Source: Chloroflexota bacterium
Lineage (GTDB): Bacteria; Chloroflexota; Dehalococcoidia; Lucifugimonadales; UBA3495
NCBI GenBank assembly: GCA_022562335.1
Contig: JADFPM010000001.1
Location: forward strand, 1-33,640
DNA: 33,640 nt
Reading direction: 5' to 3'
Below are positions 10,844 through 20,476 of the stretch, in pieces. How positions within the stretch are numbered: position 1 is the stretch's first letter; every line of letters begins with the position of its first letter. Under the pieces are notes generated by a model. The model searched no databases. It was not told the DNA's origin and worked only from the letters and a program-made list of their open reading frames with translations. The position numbers and the translations under genes are program-made.

Positions 10844-12898
10844 TTGACTTTGTACGGCGAACCCAGGGTCTGGCTGGAACAATTCCCCGAGGGACAAGCC
10901 ACCCAGATATATTGCGGCCACTTGGGACTTAGATACCCCGGCGAAGTCATCCGCGCGGCATCTTGGTCTCCTGCCTGGGGCGAGCCCCTCGATCAAGATG
11001 TTTATTTCCGAATCGTAATCATCAACCGCCGTAGGGGTACATTGCGCCCCCGAATCGGAGACGCGAGGATCGCGGTTTGTTTTCCCGGCGCCACGTCGTC
11101 CCGGCGGCGCACCGGCTTCATAGGTGAACTGGCCTCCATCCGTGAGACCCAGGCCATCTACCTATCGTCGGGCGGCATCGACGCCGACTTGATAAGGACA
11201 ACGCTGCGAAGGCGCCAGGAAGGTTTGGAACGAGAGCTCTTGGGAGAGGAATCGGTGCGCTATTCCCAAGGCGCCTTGTTGACCGGGGCAAATGCGACGA
11301 TAGACGCCTCGGATGCCGCCGGGATCTTTGCCGGCATCGACCCCAACGAATGGTTCCAACGATTGGCCGGGCGGTTGCTGGACCAAGCCTACCCCACGCT
11401 TCCGGTGGATCTATCGCGTCTTAACCGGACCATGACACCTGAAGACGTGCCGGAACTTCACCGCGCCATATTCGGCCATGCCGGTGGAGATCCGGGCGTG
11501 TTATCGGCATTTGGCCCCGCATTGGAGCTTTCCAGCCAGGCCGCTCCGGGGGAATTCGATGCGTCCCACTGCCGGGTTTTCGACCTGCTGCGGGAATGGT
11601 TTTCCCGGCAATCCCAGCGGACCGATTGGCAAGCAGCCCATCGCTATTTGGCCCATGAAATCGGCCTTACCGGCCCTTTGGCGCATCTATACCTGTTGTT
11701 ATTCGTGCACTGCGGATCTCCCCCGATGGAGATCAAGCTGACATCGCGGGACGGCGTGCCGGTGGTGGACGGCTCCCCGTTGCTCACCCGCCGTTTGACC
11801 AATGACCTGATCCCGCTGCTGCTATGGGACCCGGCCATACCGGGACCCGGCGCCCAGATCGGCCGGGAATCCAGCCCGGAGTGGGAAGACACGCTTCAGC
11901 ACCTGTCCCAACTGTCTCCCAGTTTGGCAGCCCACATTCATGGGACCGAAACAGCAACGGCTGAAGCCGTGTTGGCCCACGACCTAGAGTCTTTATCTCA
12001 GGAATTGTCCCAATCCCACAGCCTCCTGGCCCAACTCTACCAGGCAACAGGCCAACCGGAATTCCCCGAACTTGCGGACACCTTGGAAAGACTTGCCGCC
12101 GTACTGGGTGAAGCCCGCGCCGGGTTCGTTGCGGTGTACCGGCGGATCAGAGAAACCTATCCCACCCCTGTGTCGCTGAAGGAAGATATCTCGATAATGC
12201 ACCGGGTGGCGGAGATGGGCCGGTTCTTTCCCGAGATATTGGAACTCCGCTCTTATCTGGAAAGAGGGGTAATCCCATCTTCGACAATGCCTGACCTATG
12301 GGTTGAAAGCCAGGGATTGCAGGCAGCCTTGTCGGTGAGCAGTTTGATTCACCCGGCGGGCCGAACCAGGGAGTCGTTGATCCAAGAGATAGAGGGTTTC
12401 AAGTCGGCCTACGGGGATGTCTACCGGTCCCACCACACCCAGTTGCATCAGGAATTGCCGGCTTATCGACGAAACCTGGCGGCGGCAAGGCAAAAATCCC
12501 AGGCCCTCGCACTTTTAAATGCCATCCCTGAATTGCCCGGCGCCGAGGGATTGGGCCTGGCCGATTCACTGGAGCAGATCAATGATGGTCCCTCCCCGTG
12601 CCCGGTTTCCGGCGAGGGGTTGGAGATGGAAGACAACCCCATTTGCGGCTCATGTGAGATAAATTTGGAAACCGCTCTGCCCTTGGAGGGATTGAACCAG
12701 ATAGGTGCAGCCATCGACGCCGCCCTTGCAATTCAGAATCAAAAATTGAGTAACCTGTTGGTGGGTAAAATCATGCAAAACGCCGACGCCCCCCGCCTGG
12801 ATGACCTGATCAAGATCGTGCAAACCAGCGATCTTTCAGCCCTGTCCAACACCATGAACCGGGATATGGCCGATTTCATCCACCGGATTTTGGCCTGA
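10844..12898 (+). CDS. Hypothetical helical protein (684 aa) with C-terminal C-x14-C-x2-C motif; possible relative of BREX BrxC/DUF6079 C-terminal region
   Basis: Long ORF with TTG start, AGGGGT RBS and an in-frame stop at 10817. Ends 2 nt before pth. The family assignment is recalled similarity only. Confidence 0.75.
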   Translation: MTLYGEPRVWLEQFPEGQATQIYCGHLGLRYPGEVIRAASWSPAWGEPLDQDVYFRIVIINRRRGTLRPRIGDARIAVCFPGATSSRRRTGFIGELASIRETQAIYLSSGGIDADLIRTTLRRRQEGLERELLGEESVRYSQGALLTGANATIDASDAAGIFAGIDPNEWFQRLAGRLLDQAYPTLPVDLSRLNRTMTPEDVPELHRAIFGHAGGDPGVLSAFGPALELSSQAAPGEFDASHCRVFDLLREWFSRQSQRTDWQAAHRYLAHEIGLTGPLAHLYLLLFVHCGSPPMEIKLTSRDGVPVVDGSPLLTRRLTNDLIPLLLWDPAIPGPGAQIGRESSPEWEDTLQHLSQLSPSLAAHIHGTETATAEAVLAHDLESLSQELSQSHSLLAQLYQATGQPEFPELADTLERLAAVLGEARAGFVAVYRRIRETYPTPVSLKEDISIMHRVAEMGRFFPEILELRSYLERGVIPSSTMPDLWVESQGLQAALSVSSLIHPAGRTRESLIQEIEGFKSAYGDVYRSHHTQLHQELPAYRRNLAAARQKSQALALLNAIPELPGAEGLGLADSLEQINDGPSPCPVSGEGLEMEDNPICGSCEINLETALPLEGLNQIGAAIDAALAIQNQKLSNLLVGKIMQNADAPRLDDLIKIVQTSDLSALSNTMNRDMADFIHRILA

Positions 12899-12900
12899 CC

Positions 12901-13485
12901 ATGCGAATCATCGTCGGTCTGGGCAATCCGGGTGACCGGCACCGGGACAGCAGGCATAATCTGGGTTTCCGGTGCGTCGATTTCATGTCCCGCCAGTGGG
13001 AGATTCCTTTTTCCGAACGCCGCGCCAAAGCGATGTTAGCCATAGGACGCCGCCATGAACGGGACGTTGTCTTGGTGAAGCCGCGGACTTTCATGAACAA
13101 TAGCGGGGAAGGAGTATCCTATCTGATCGACCGGTTCGGCGTCAGGGCCTCGGACATCCTCATCATCTATGATGACTTGGAGTTGGCGTTGGGCCGAATT
13201 CGAATACGAGTCCAAGGCAGCGGCGGTACCCACAACGGTATGCGCTCCATCGTATCCGCTTTGCAAACCCAGGAGATACCCAGATTAAGGGTGGGCATCG
13301 GCAGTCCACCCTTGGGCCAAGAGACCATCCCCTACGTGTTGGGCCGTTTCTCTAAAGATGAATCTGAAACTGTTTCGCGGTCGGTGGAATTGGCAGCCCA
13401 AGCCGTGGAATGCATTCTAGAAGAAAACATCGACGCTGCCATGAGCCGCTTCAACTCGGTTCAGCCTGAAAGTCAAACGAATTAG
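12901..13485 (+). CDS. pth: Peptidyl-tRNA hydrolase
   Basis: IVGLGNPG...RHNLGF, KPRTFMNNSG, IYDDLEL, GTHNGMRSI, RLRVGIG and YVLGRF. Confidence 0.97.
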   Translation: MRIIVGLGNPGDRHRDSRHNLGFRCVDFMSRQWEIPFSERRAKAMLAIGRRHERDVVLVKPRTFMNNSGEGVSYLIDRFGVRASDILIIYDDLELALGRIRIRVQGSGGTHNGMRSIVSALQTQEIPRLRVGIGSPPLGQETIPYVLGRFSKDESETVSRSVELAAQAVECILEENIDAAMSRFNSVQPESQTN

Positions 13486-13486
13486 C

Positions 13487-15490
13487 ATGATCACCCATTG
13501 CAGGGCCGCATTTGCAATCCTATTGGCAGCGGTGGCCATAACAGCCTGCAATAGCCAAACCAGCCCGGCGAACGGTGGAGACCCGCCCAACCTTCCCGGC
13601 GCATCCAGCGCGGGGCCGACGGCCCCAGTAACCGCCACAACTGGGACATCGGGCGTGATTTCGGGCAAATCCCTTTCGTCCCAACCAGAAAGGCCCCGAT
13701 CTTACCGCCCTCCGGCCACGGGCTTTGCCGAGGCGCCCGACCGCGACCTGTTCCAGTTGGCATCCGAACTGATCGACCCGGCCCTAAAAGACATTCCCAG
13801 GGTGGTGAACCCCCAGCCGGTAAGCTACCTCCGGGGGAGAATGGACACATTTTGGCTGATCGACCTGGCGGACCTGGAGATCTACCAAAGGCGCTTCGAA
13901 CTCATGTTGGTGACTCCCAACGCCTACTGGTATGTGGAAGAGGATAAACGGTTCGATCTTCAGGACCTGGAGCGATCGGCGGCCGTCTTCGAAGAAACCA
14001 TCTATCCCCGGGTGACCTCGGCCTTTGGCCGGGAGTGGAATCCCGGCGTCGACAATGACCCGCACCTAAACATTCTGAACGGGTTCTTGAAAGGGGCCGC
14101 GGGATACTACAGCTCCGGTGATGAATATCCCGAGGCTGTTTCCCCCTACAGCAACCAAAGGGAGATCATATATATCAACATGGGCGCTTACGCGCTGGAT
14201 TCGCCCGAATATCTGGAGGTCTTGGCCCACGAACTTCAGCACGCTATCCACTGGCGAGCCGACCCGTCCGAAGAGACCTGGGTGAATGAAGGATTATCGG
14301 AGTTTGCCACCGCCATCGCCGGATATCCTCCCCGTTCCATCTACAGATTCCTCTCGTCGAGTCCGACATCCGTGTTGCATTGGCCCCTTAGCGGTGTTGG
14401 CGGCCAAGCCAGCTACGGCGGCGCATCTCTGTTCATGCATTATCTGATCGAGCACTACGGTGATCCAACGGACCTCAAGCCGTTGTTGGAACAACCGGAA
14501 GACGGGATCGCCGGAATAGAAGCCTATTTAGCAGAATTGGGCCGCAAGGCGGATTTCGGCGAGGTCTTCGGGAACTGGATGGCGGCCAACGTCTTGGATC
14601 TGGAATCGGGACCTTACTCCTACCCCAACCTGGAAGTCCAAAGCCGGGTCCACCGGTTCATCAACCCCGGCGGCACGCTGGAATCTTCCATTCCCCAATA
14701 CGCCCCGGAATACCTGCGCGTCACTCTCCCCGCCGGACCCTTGCTATTGGCCTTCCGCGCGCCCGCCGAGACCCCATTGTTGCCGGTGGATGTGGGGGCT
14801 GAGGGCTGTTGGTGGAGCAACTCCGGCGACTCCATCGATTCCACCTTGACCCGCGCATTGGACCTGCGCGGGGACCTGACCGGCGCGTCCAGGCCCACAC
14901 TGGATTACCAGGTGTGGTACGACGTGGAAGAAAACTGGGATTACGTCTATCTGGAGGTTTCGGAAGACGGTGGAGCGACTTGGGACATCATAGATACCCC
15001 CAACGCTTCCCCAGCCAACCCGGTTGGTAACGGATACGGCCCGGGGTACACCGGCTCCAGCAACGGATGGCTTAACCAATCCATCGACCTGACTCCCTAC
15101 GCCGGTAAAGATGTCCAATTGCGTTTCCAGTACGTCACGGACGACGCGATCAACGGCTCCGGCCTGTGCCTGCGCCGGTTTTCTCTCTCCCTTGACTCAT
15201 CCGCCGGTGCGCCTTATATGGCACTCTCCGCTGACGGCTGGAACCCCCAGGGGTTTATTGCCATAGACAACCGGGTGCGCCAAGACTTCATAGTAAAGGT
15301 GATCTGGGAAAGCCAACCAGCCCGGGTCGAGGACCTGGATTTGAAAATGAGCGAATCCGGAGATTGGATAGGGGAGTTGTTGGTCGAGGGTGCCGGCGAA
15401 ACCCATAGCCTGATAGTCGCCGTCGCCGCCTTGGCGCCCAAGACCAGGCTGCATGCCGGCTACACTTTCACGGTAACGGCGGCCCCATAA
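13487..15490 (+). CDS. Lipoprotein zinc metallopeptidase (M6/immune inhibitor A- or M30-like) with C-terminal InhA-type beta domain
   Basis: Lipobox AITAC, LAHELQHAIH (HExxH), WVNEGLSE, YDVEENWDYVYLEVSEDGGATW and DLTPYAGK.V.LRFQYVTD. Confidence 0.85.
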   Translation: MITHCRAAFAILLAAVAITACNSQTSPANGGDPPNLPGASSAGPTAPVTATTGTSGVISGKSLSSQPERPRSYRPPATGFAEAPDRDLFQLASELIDPALKDIPRVVNPQPVSYLRGRMDTFWLIDLADLEIYQRRFELMLVTPNAYWYVEEDKRFDLQDLERSAAVFEETIYPRVTSAFGREWNPGVDNDPHLNILNGFLKGAAGYYSSGDEYPEAVSPYSNQREIIYINMGAYALDSPEYLEVLAHELQHAIHWRADPSEETWVNEGLSEFATAIAGYPPRSIYRFLSSSPTSVLHWPLSGVGGQASYGGASLFMHYLIEHYGDPTDLKPLLEQPEDGIAGIEAYLAELGRKADFGEVFGNWMAANVLDLESGPYSYPNLEVQSRVHRFINPGGTLESSIPQYAPEYLRVTLPAGPLLLAFRAPAETPLLPVDVGAEGCWWSNSGDSIDSTLTRALDLRGDLTGASRPTLDYQVWYDVEENWDYVYLEVSEDGGATWDIIDTPNASPANPVGNGYGPGYTGSSNGWLNQSIDLTPYAGKDVQLRFQYVTDDAINGSGLCLRRFSLSLDSSAGAPYMALSADGWNPQGFIAIDNRVRQDFIVKVIWESQPARVEDLDLKMSESGDWIGELLVEGAGETHSLIVAVAALAPKTRLHAGYTFTVTAAP

Positions 15491-15533
15491 CGGTCCGCTG
15501 GGCATAGCAAGCTGTAGATCACTATATATCTTC

Positions 15534-16184
15534 CTAGTCTTGCCCCACCGCCGGTGCGTCCTGGGAAGGTGGGTCTTCGCCTTGGTTTACCGGAAGGACC
15601 GGGATGGGTTCGGCAGGAGTAAGCTGGCCCAAGATTTCCACCTGGCGGGCCAGCCGTTGCAAATCGGAAAAGACTTCGCGGTATTCGCTTACCACCTGCA
15701 CTTGTTGGGTAAGTTGCTGCTGGAAAAACCGGTTTAAGGCGGTGACTTCACGCACCCTCTGTTCCAACTGGGTGGTCTGGTTCTTGACCAGGTCGTCCAG
15801 GTGGTTGGTTAGCTGTTTCATGGCGATGGCGTTTCTGACCACCCCGCGCACTTCGTACAAGTTGAATGGTTTTTTCAAGAAAACGGTGACCCCAGCCTCG
15901 TAACACTCCTTCACCGCATCGGCGTTGCCATGGCCCGTCAGGACTATCACCGAATAAGGGTCGGTGGGTTTTAAACGTATTTTGGATAGGAATTCCAGGC
16001 CATCCATCACCGGCATCCTAAGGTCCAGGATTATCACCGTGGGAGTCCGTTCTTGGATCCGGGAAAGGCCGTCTTGCCCGTTTCCGGCGAATACCAGATC
16101 GTAGCCTTCTCGCTTCAAATCTTCAGCTACCGCCTCCCTAACCGCGTCTTCGTCGTCGATGACCAGCACGCTAGGAGTTGACAT
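15534..16184 (-). CDS. Response regulator: receiver domain plus coiled-coil tail, no recognisable DNA-binding domain
   Basis: VLVIDDE, ILDLRMPVMDG, VLTGHG and LKKPF. AAGGAG RBS; overlaps the kinase stop by 14 nt. Confidence 0.92.
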   Translation of the reverse strand: MSTPSVLVIDDEDAVREAVAEDLKREGYDLVFAGNGQDGLSRIQERTPTVIILDLRMPVMDGLEFLSKIRLKPTDPYSVIVLTGHGNADAVKECYEAGVTVFLKKPFNLYEVRGVVRNAIAMKQLTNHLDDLVKNQTTQLEQRVREVTALNRFFQQQLTQQVQVVSEYREVFSDLQRLARQVEILGQLTPAEPIPVLPVNQGEDPPSQDAPAVGQD

Positions 16185-19125
16185 CGTGTACTCCTTCGCC
16201 AGGTAATGTTATCGTCACAGTGGTCCCTTGGCCCGGTTCTGACTCACAGGTTATGGATCCGTGGTGGTCTCGGACTATGCCGTAGGCTATGGCCAGGCCC
16301 AAGCCGGTGCCCTGGCCAACACCCTTGGTGGTGAAAAACGGATCATAGATCTTTGGCAGTATATCTGGTGAGATTCCCACCCCGTTGTCATAAAACACCA
16401 CATCGGCCGCGGCACCACCGTTGGCCGGACTTAACGTGACGCTGATCTGGGCATCACCCCGCCGTTCTGCCAGCGCATCTAAAGAATTCTGTAGCAGGTT
16501 GATAAAAACCTGTTCCAATTGGCTGGCATTTCCAATGACCCGGGGCAATCCGGGGTCAACGCGCAATGAGAGGTCGATGTTCCTGGCCATAAGACGTTCT
16601 TTCAACAATAACATGGTGTTGTCCAGAATTTCTTCGAGATTCAAAGGCTCCATTTCAGAATTGTCGCTACGGCCAAAAATGCGCAGATGCTCCACGATGT
16701 TGGTGATCCTGTCCACTTGCCTGCGGGACTCGGAAAGCCGGTGAGCCATCCGCTCTTGATCCAAGTCGTTTAAAGCCAGGTCTTCTTGGAAGGCCTGGAT
16801 CATGGTGTTGATATAGGTCAGAGGTTGATTTATCTCGTGGGCGACACCGGTAGCCACCTCGCCCAAGGTCGCCAATTTTGACTGGGCCAGCGCCCGCAAC
16901 TCCATCGCCATTCTCTCTTCTTCCGCCACGATGCGAGGGCTGATGTCCTGGGCCACCACGATCACACCGATGGCATTGCCGGCCGCCCCTTTCACCGGGG
17001 TGACGGTGAGGTTGACATGGAATTCTTCTCCATTTTTTCTCGACTGGATGGTTTCTCCCCGCCACGCTTCGACAACCGGCGTTTGAACACTTTCCAAGCC
17101 CAGGTCCCAGGATGATTTCACGCCGGGAATGATCTCGCCGACAGGGTGGCCCAACACCTCATCGGCGGCATACCCGAACATGTCCTCAAAGGCGTGGTTA
17201 GTGAACCTGATGTGTCCTTCCAGGTCCGAGAAGATCACGGCGTCTCCGATCGCCTCCAACGCCTGGGCCGTCTGTTGGACCTGATCAAACAGCAATGAGT
17301 TTTCCACCGCAGGCGCGATCTGGTTCGCCAACCGCTCCACGATGCTTTGTTCGTTTGGCCCGTAGGCTCCTACATGCCGGCTGCGTAGGGTTAACCCTCC
17401 TACCACCAGGGCGTTGGATACCAGCGGCACAACCATTGAGGAGATCAGGCCAACGCCGATGTACTCCTGATCCAATTCAAATGCTGGAGCAGTTCTAAGG
17501 TCCCGTACCACGATGGTTTTACCGGTGGCTATCAAGTCCCGGGCCCGGGTGTTTTCCAGGCGCCTGATGGCGCCAGCCCTGGTCTTCGGCGTACTCACAC
17601 CCGATACGTATTTGAGTTCGGAAGTCCCGGCGTCTTGGTCAATGATATGCACAGCAATCCTGTCGAAAGCCACAAGTTTTTTAACTTCGGCGGCGAACTG
17701 CTCGTAGACATAGTCGATATCCAATGTCGAGGTGATGATTCGCGAAATTTCATCCACCAACGCCAGCTCCTCCACGTTGGCCTGAAGTTCCTGGGACAAA
17801 CTGGCGCTATTTAGCAAAGCGCCCAAACCATCCACGATGGCGGTGAGCAACTTGACCCGCTGGGGTGTGAAATGGTCCCTTTCCGTGGACACCACATCGA
17901 TGACGCCCAGGATCTTATCGCCTCCATTCATTATGGGTAGAAAAACTCCGGATTTGAACCCTTGCGCCACGGCGTGGGGATCGGCCCGCGGATGGAGGTC
18001 GTATTCATTTACCACCAGAAGTTCCTGCTTTGAAAGGGCCAGGGCGGTAAGGCCTTGGCTGAGCGGTAAGGCCGCCGGCCGGTCGAATCTATGCTCGCCA
18101 GCCGCCGCCTCAAGTTCCAATGATTCGCCGGTGGAGTCGAGGACCCTCAGGGTAGCAAGGTCCGCCGAAACGACCTGCACCAGCTTTTCCATGATTGCGT
18201 CGCACTTGTTCTGAAAGGTGTTTTCCCGAGCCATGATATCGGCGACGTTGATTAGGGTCTCAAGCTCCTGATTGCGCTGCCACAGGTCTTCCTCGGCCAA
18301 TTTCCGTTCTATGATTTCGTTTTCAAGGCCCCGTGTCGTCCTGGTCAACTCTTCAGTGCGTTGGTCCACCTGATCTTCCAAATTGGAATAAAGGCCTCTC
18401 AACTCTCCGCGCATCCACTCCAGCGAAACGCCCAACTGCCGGACCTCCTTGGGGCCCTTGGCAGGTACCGGCAGGTCCAGGTTCCCACCCCCCATATCCG
18501 AGGCGGCAGACGACAGGGTCCGTAGCGGCCTGGTCGCGTACCGGGCCACCAAGAAAGACAGGGCCACCGATACCCCGACCAAGACCAGCCCTTGCCAGAT
18601 ATGCTCAAACATAATGACGTTGATCTCGTCACGCAGCGACCCAGTACTGAATGCGAAGTGGACGATCCCCACGGCCTGTTCCCCAGCCATTAGGGCTGCG
18701 GATACCACCAGATCGTGGTCCATATATCTCAGTTGCGGTTGGCCGCCGGCGGCAAGGGTCTCGGCCAGGCCTTTGGGCAGCTCTCCACTGGGATAATCCG
18801 ATTGGCGGGTGTCCACCAGAACGCTGCCGTCGGGCCGAAAGACCTGGATGTACTCCAGGTCAGGCTGGCTCTCCACCACGGTGGTCACCAGATCATCCAC
18901 GAGGTCCACGTCAATAAAATAAAGGGGATCGACCAGAACATCCCCCAGGGTCCCGGCCAGGGATAGGCCCCGCTGCTCCAGGTTTTCGCGGGAGATCGAG
19001 CGTTCCCGCCGGATGTCGACCAAAGTGATCAAGGTCATCATCAGGACAATGACCGCCGCCATGCCGGCGGTGAAGACCCACGCCATGCTCCAGTGAAAAC
19101 TCAATTTGGAGATAATGTTGGACAC
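16171..19125 (-). CDS. Membrane sensor histidine kinase (2TM, extracellular sensor, HAMP, GAF, GAF, PAS, HisKA, HATPase; NtrB/DctB-like class)
   Basis: H-box VAHEINQPL, N-box QVFINLLQNS, DNGVGI, DPFFTTK, GTGLGL. HAMP RPLRTL..A...G.LD...EV.QL; PAS N.AFE.MFGY...EVLG...RKNG. Confidence 0.95.
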   Translation of the reverse strand: MSNIISKLSFHWSMAWVFTAGMAAVIVLMMTLITLVDIRRERSISRENLEQRGLSLAGTLGDVLVDPLYFIDVDLVDDLVTTVVESQPDLEYIQVFRPDGSVLVDTRQSDYPSGELPKGLAETLAAGGQPQLRYMDHDLVVSAALMAGEQAVGIVHFAFSTGSLRDEINVIMFEHIWQGLVLVGVSVALSFLVARYATRPLRTLSSAASDMGGGNLDLPVPAKGPKEVRQLGVSLEWMRGELRGLYSNLEDQVDQRTEELTRTTRGLENEIIERKLAEEDLWQRNQELETLINVADIMARENTFQNKCDAIMEKLVQVVSADLATLRVLDSTGESLELEAAAGEHRFDRPAALPLSQGLTALALSKQELLVVNEYDLHPRADPHAVAQGFKSGVFLPIMNGGDKILGVIDVVSTERDHFTPQRVKLLTAIVDGLGALLNSASLSQELQANVEELALVDEISRIITSTLDIDYVYEQFAAEVKKLVAFDRIAVHIIDQDAGTSELKYVSGVSTPKTRAGAIRRLENTRARDLIATGKTIVVRDLRTAPAFELDQEYIGVGLISSMVVPLVSNALVVGGLTLRSRHVGAYGPNEQSIVERLANQIAPAVENSLLFDQVQQTAQALEAIGDAVIFSDLEGHIRFTNHAFEDMFGYAADEVLGHPVGEIIPGVKSSWDLGLESVQTPVVEAWRGETIQSRKNGEEFHVNLTVTPVKGAAGNAIGVIVVAQDISPRIVAEEERMAMELRALAQSKLATLGEVATGVAHEINQPLTYINTMIQAFQEDLALNDLDQERMAHRLSESRRQVDRITNIVEHLRIFGRSDNSEMEPLNLEEILDNTMLLLKERLMARNIDLSLRVDPGLPRVIGNASQLEQVFINLLQNSLDALAERRGDAQISVTLSPANGGAAADVVFYDNGVGISPDILPKIYDPFFTTKGVGQGTGLGLAIAYGIVRDHHGSITCESEPGQGTTVTITLPGEGVHDVNS

Positions 19126-19131
19126 CGCCGG

Positions 19132-20097
19132 TCAGTCCTTTAGGACCTGGTCGATCATGCGGTCCAGATCACTCAACGATGCGGCGGCTTCCGCCGAGAC
19201 GGCGTCGAATTTGGAAGTCTTTTTGAGGTCCGCCAGCAACTGGCGGCCGTTCTCGGTCTGGTCCAGGCCGGTCAGCAATTCCCTAACCTGTTTGACCCGT
19301 TCTTCCGCCAGGCCAGGCCGCACCGACACCAATTGCCTGGGGACGGTAGAGGTCCGGTCAAACGAAATAAGTTTGCCCTTGAGTTCCGGGGGCAGATCAT
19401 CAAAATCTTCGTTGGACAAAGCTCCCGCAGCCACTCGCCCTTGCAGGATCATCTCCACGGTATTCTCTTCGTCGCCGGTAAAGAAGTAACCTATCTGACC
19501 TGCCTCCACGGAAGAATCGAAGGATGCCACAACCTTCAGGTCCAACCCGCGTTGGAGCAGCGTGCCCACGGGTAGCAAGAAGCCCGAGGTGGAATAGGGC
19601 TCCTCCACCGCCAGAATTTTACCCTTCAGGTCCGACACCGTACTGAGACCGCTGTCTCGGCGGGCCACGAAGATCGACCAGTACTCAGGGACGCCTTCTT
19701 TCCACCGGCGCAAGATGATCTGGGAGCCGGAGATATCCCTCACCGCCAGGGTCGGATAAGCGCTATCAAAGTAAACGTCGACTTCGCCTTCCAGCATCAT
19801 CCGCCCCATGTCCGAGATGTCCCTGGCGATCACCACTCGTCCTTCACGGATCCCCTGGCGTTCCATGGCGGCAGCGAGGAAATCCGCCAGGGGCTGAAAC
19901 CGCTTGATTTTTTTCCCGGGGTCGTCGGCATCGATGTCGCCCAATACTAAAACTGCGGTCCGGGGGACGGGAACGTTTGGGGTGGCCGTGGAGACCTGAG
20001 CCGCCGAAACGCAACCGGCCGTTACACCGGCCAGAAGCGCCAGAGAAACCGCAACCAACCGGATCACCCAAAAATTTGGGGGGATCTCTCTTTTCAT
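19132..20097 (-). CDS. Phosphate/phosphite/phosphonate-binding (PhnD-like) lipoprotein
   Basis: Lipobox VTAGC, F.PLADFL, YWSIFVARRDSGL.TVSDLKGK and STSGFLLP. Start is probably the ATG at 20097 rather than 20178. Confidence 0.88.
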   Translation of the reverse strand: MKREIPPNFWVIRLVAVSLALLAGVTAGCVSAAQVSTATPNVPVPRTAVLVLGDIDADDPGKKIKRFQPLADFLAAAMERQGIREGRVVIARDISDMGRMMLEGEVDVYFDSAYPTLAVRDISGSQIILRRWKEGVPEYWSIFVARRDSGLSTVSDLKGKILAVEEPYSTSGFLLPVGTLLQRGLDLKVVASFDSSVEAGQIGYFFTGDEENTVEMILQGRVAAGALSNEDFDDLPPELKGKLISFDRTSTVPRQLVSVRPGLAEERVKQVRELLTGLDQTENGRQLLADLKKTSKFDAVSAEAAASLSDLDRMIDQVLKD

Positions 20098-20476
20098 GAG
20101 GAATATATGATTATCGGCAATATAAGGACTGACTTCGGCCAATATTACAGCATTTTGACCAGAATTGCGGTCATTCATGTCAATCCGGCATTCCTGATGC
20201 CGTCAATCGCCCCCAATCCAAACGCGACTCAATCAGGATGCCTCAGGTTCAACCGCCGGTAAACCCTCTTTTGAGCGATTTATGGGGTGATAACAGAGCT
20301 AGCCATTCCATAAGGATAGAAGCGGCCGGGTAATAAAAATGCTATAGGCTACGCCTGCCCATGCCCGAAAGACATCGGGAATTCAAACCGGGATGGTTGT
20401 CCGGGCCGGCAGATGGGTGTGCTCTGTGAAAGCTAGAGAGGTTTATGGTCCAGACTGCGGAAAAGGGCCGTTGTGC

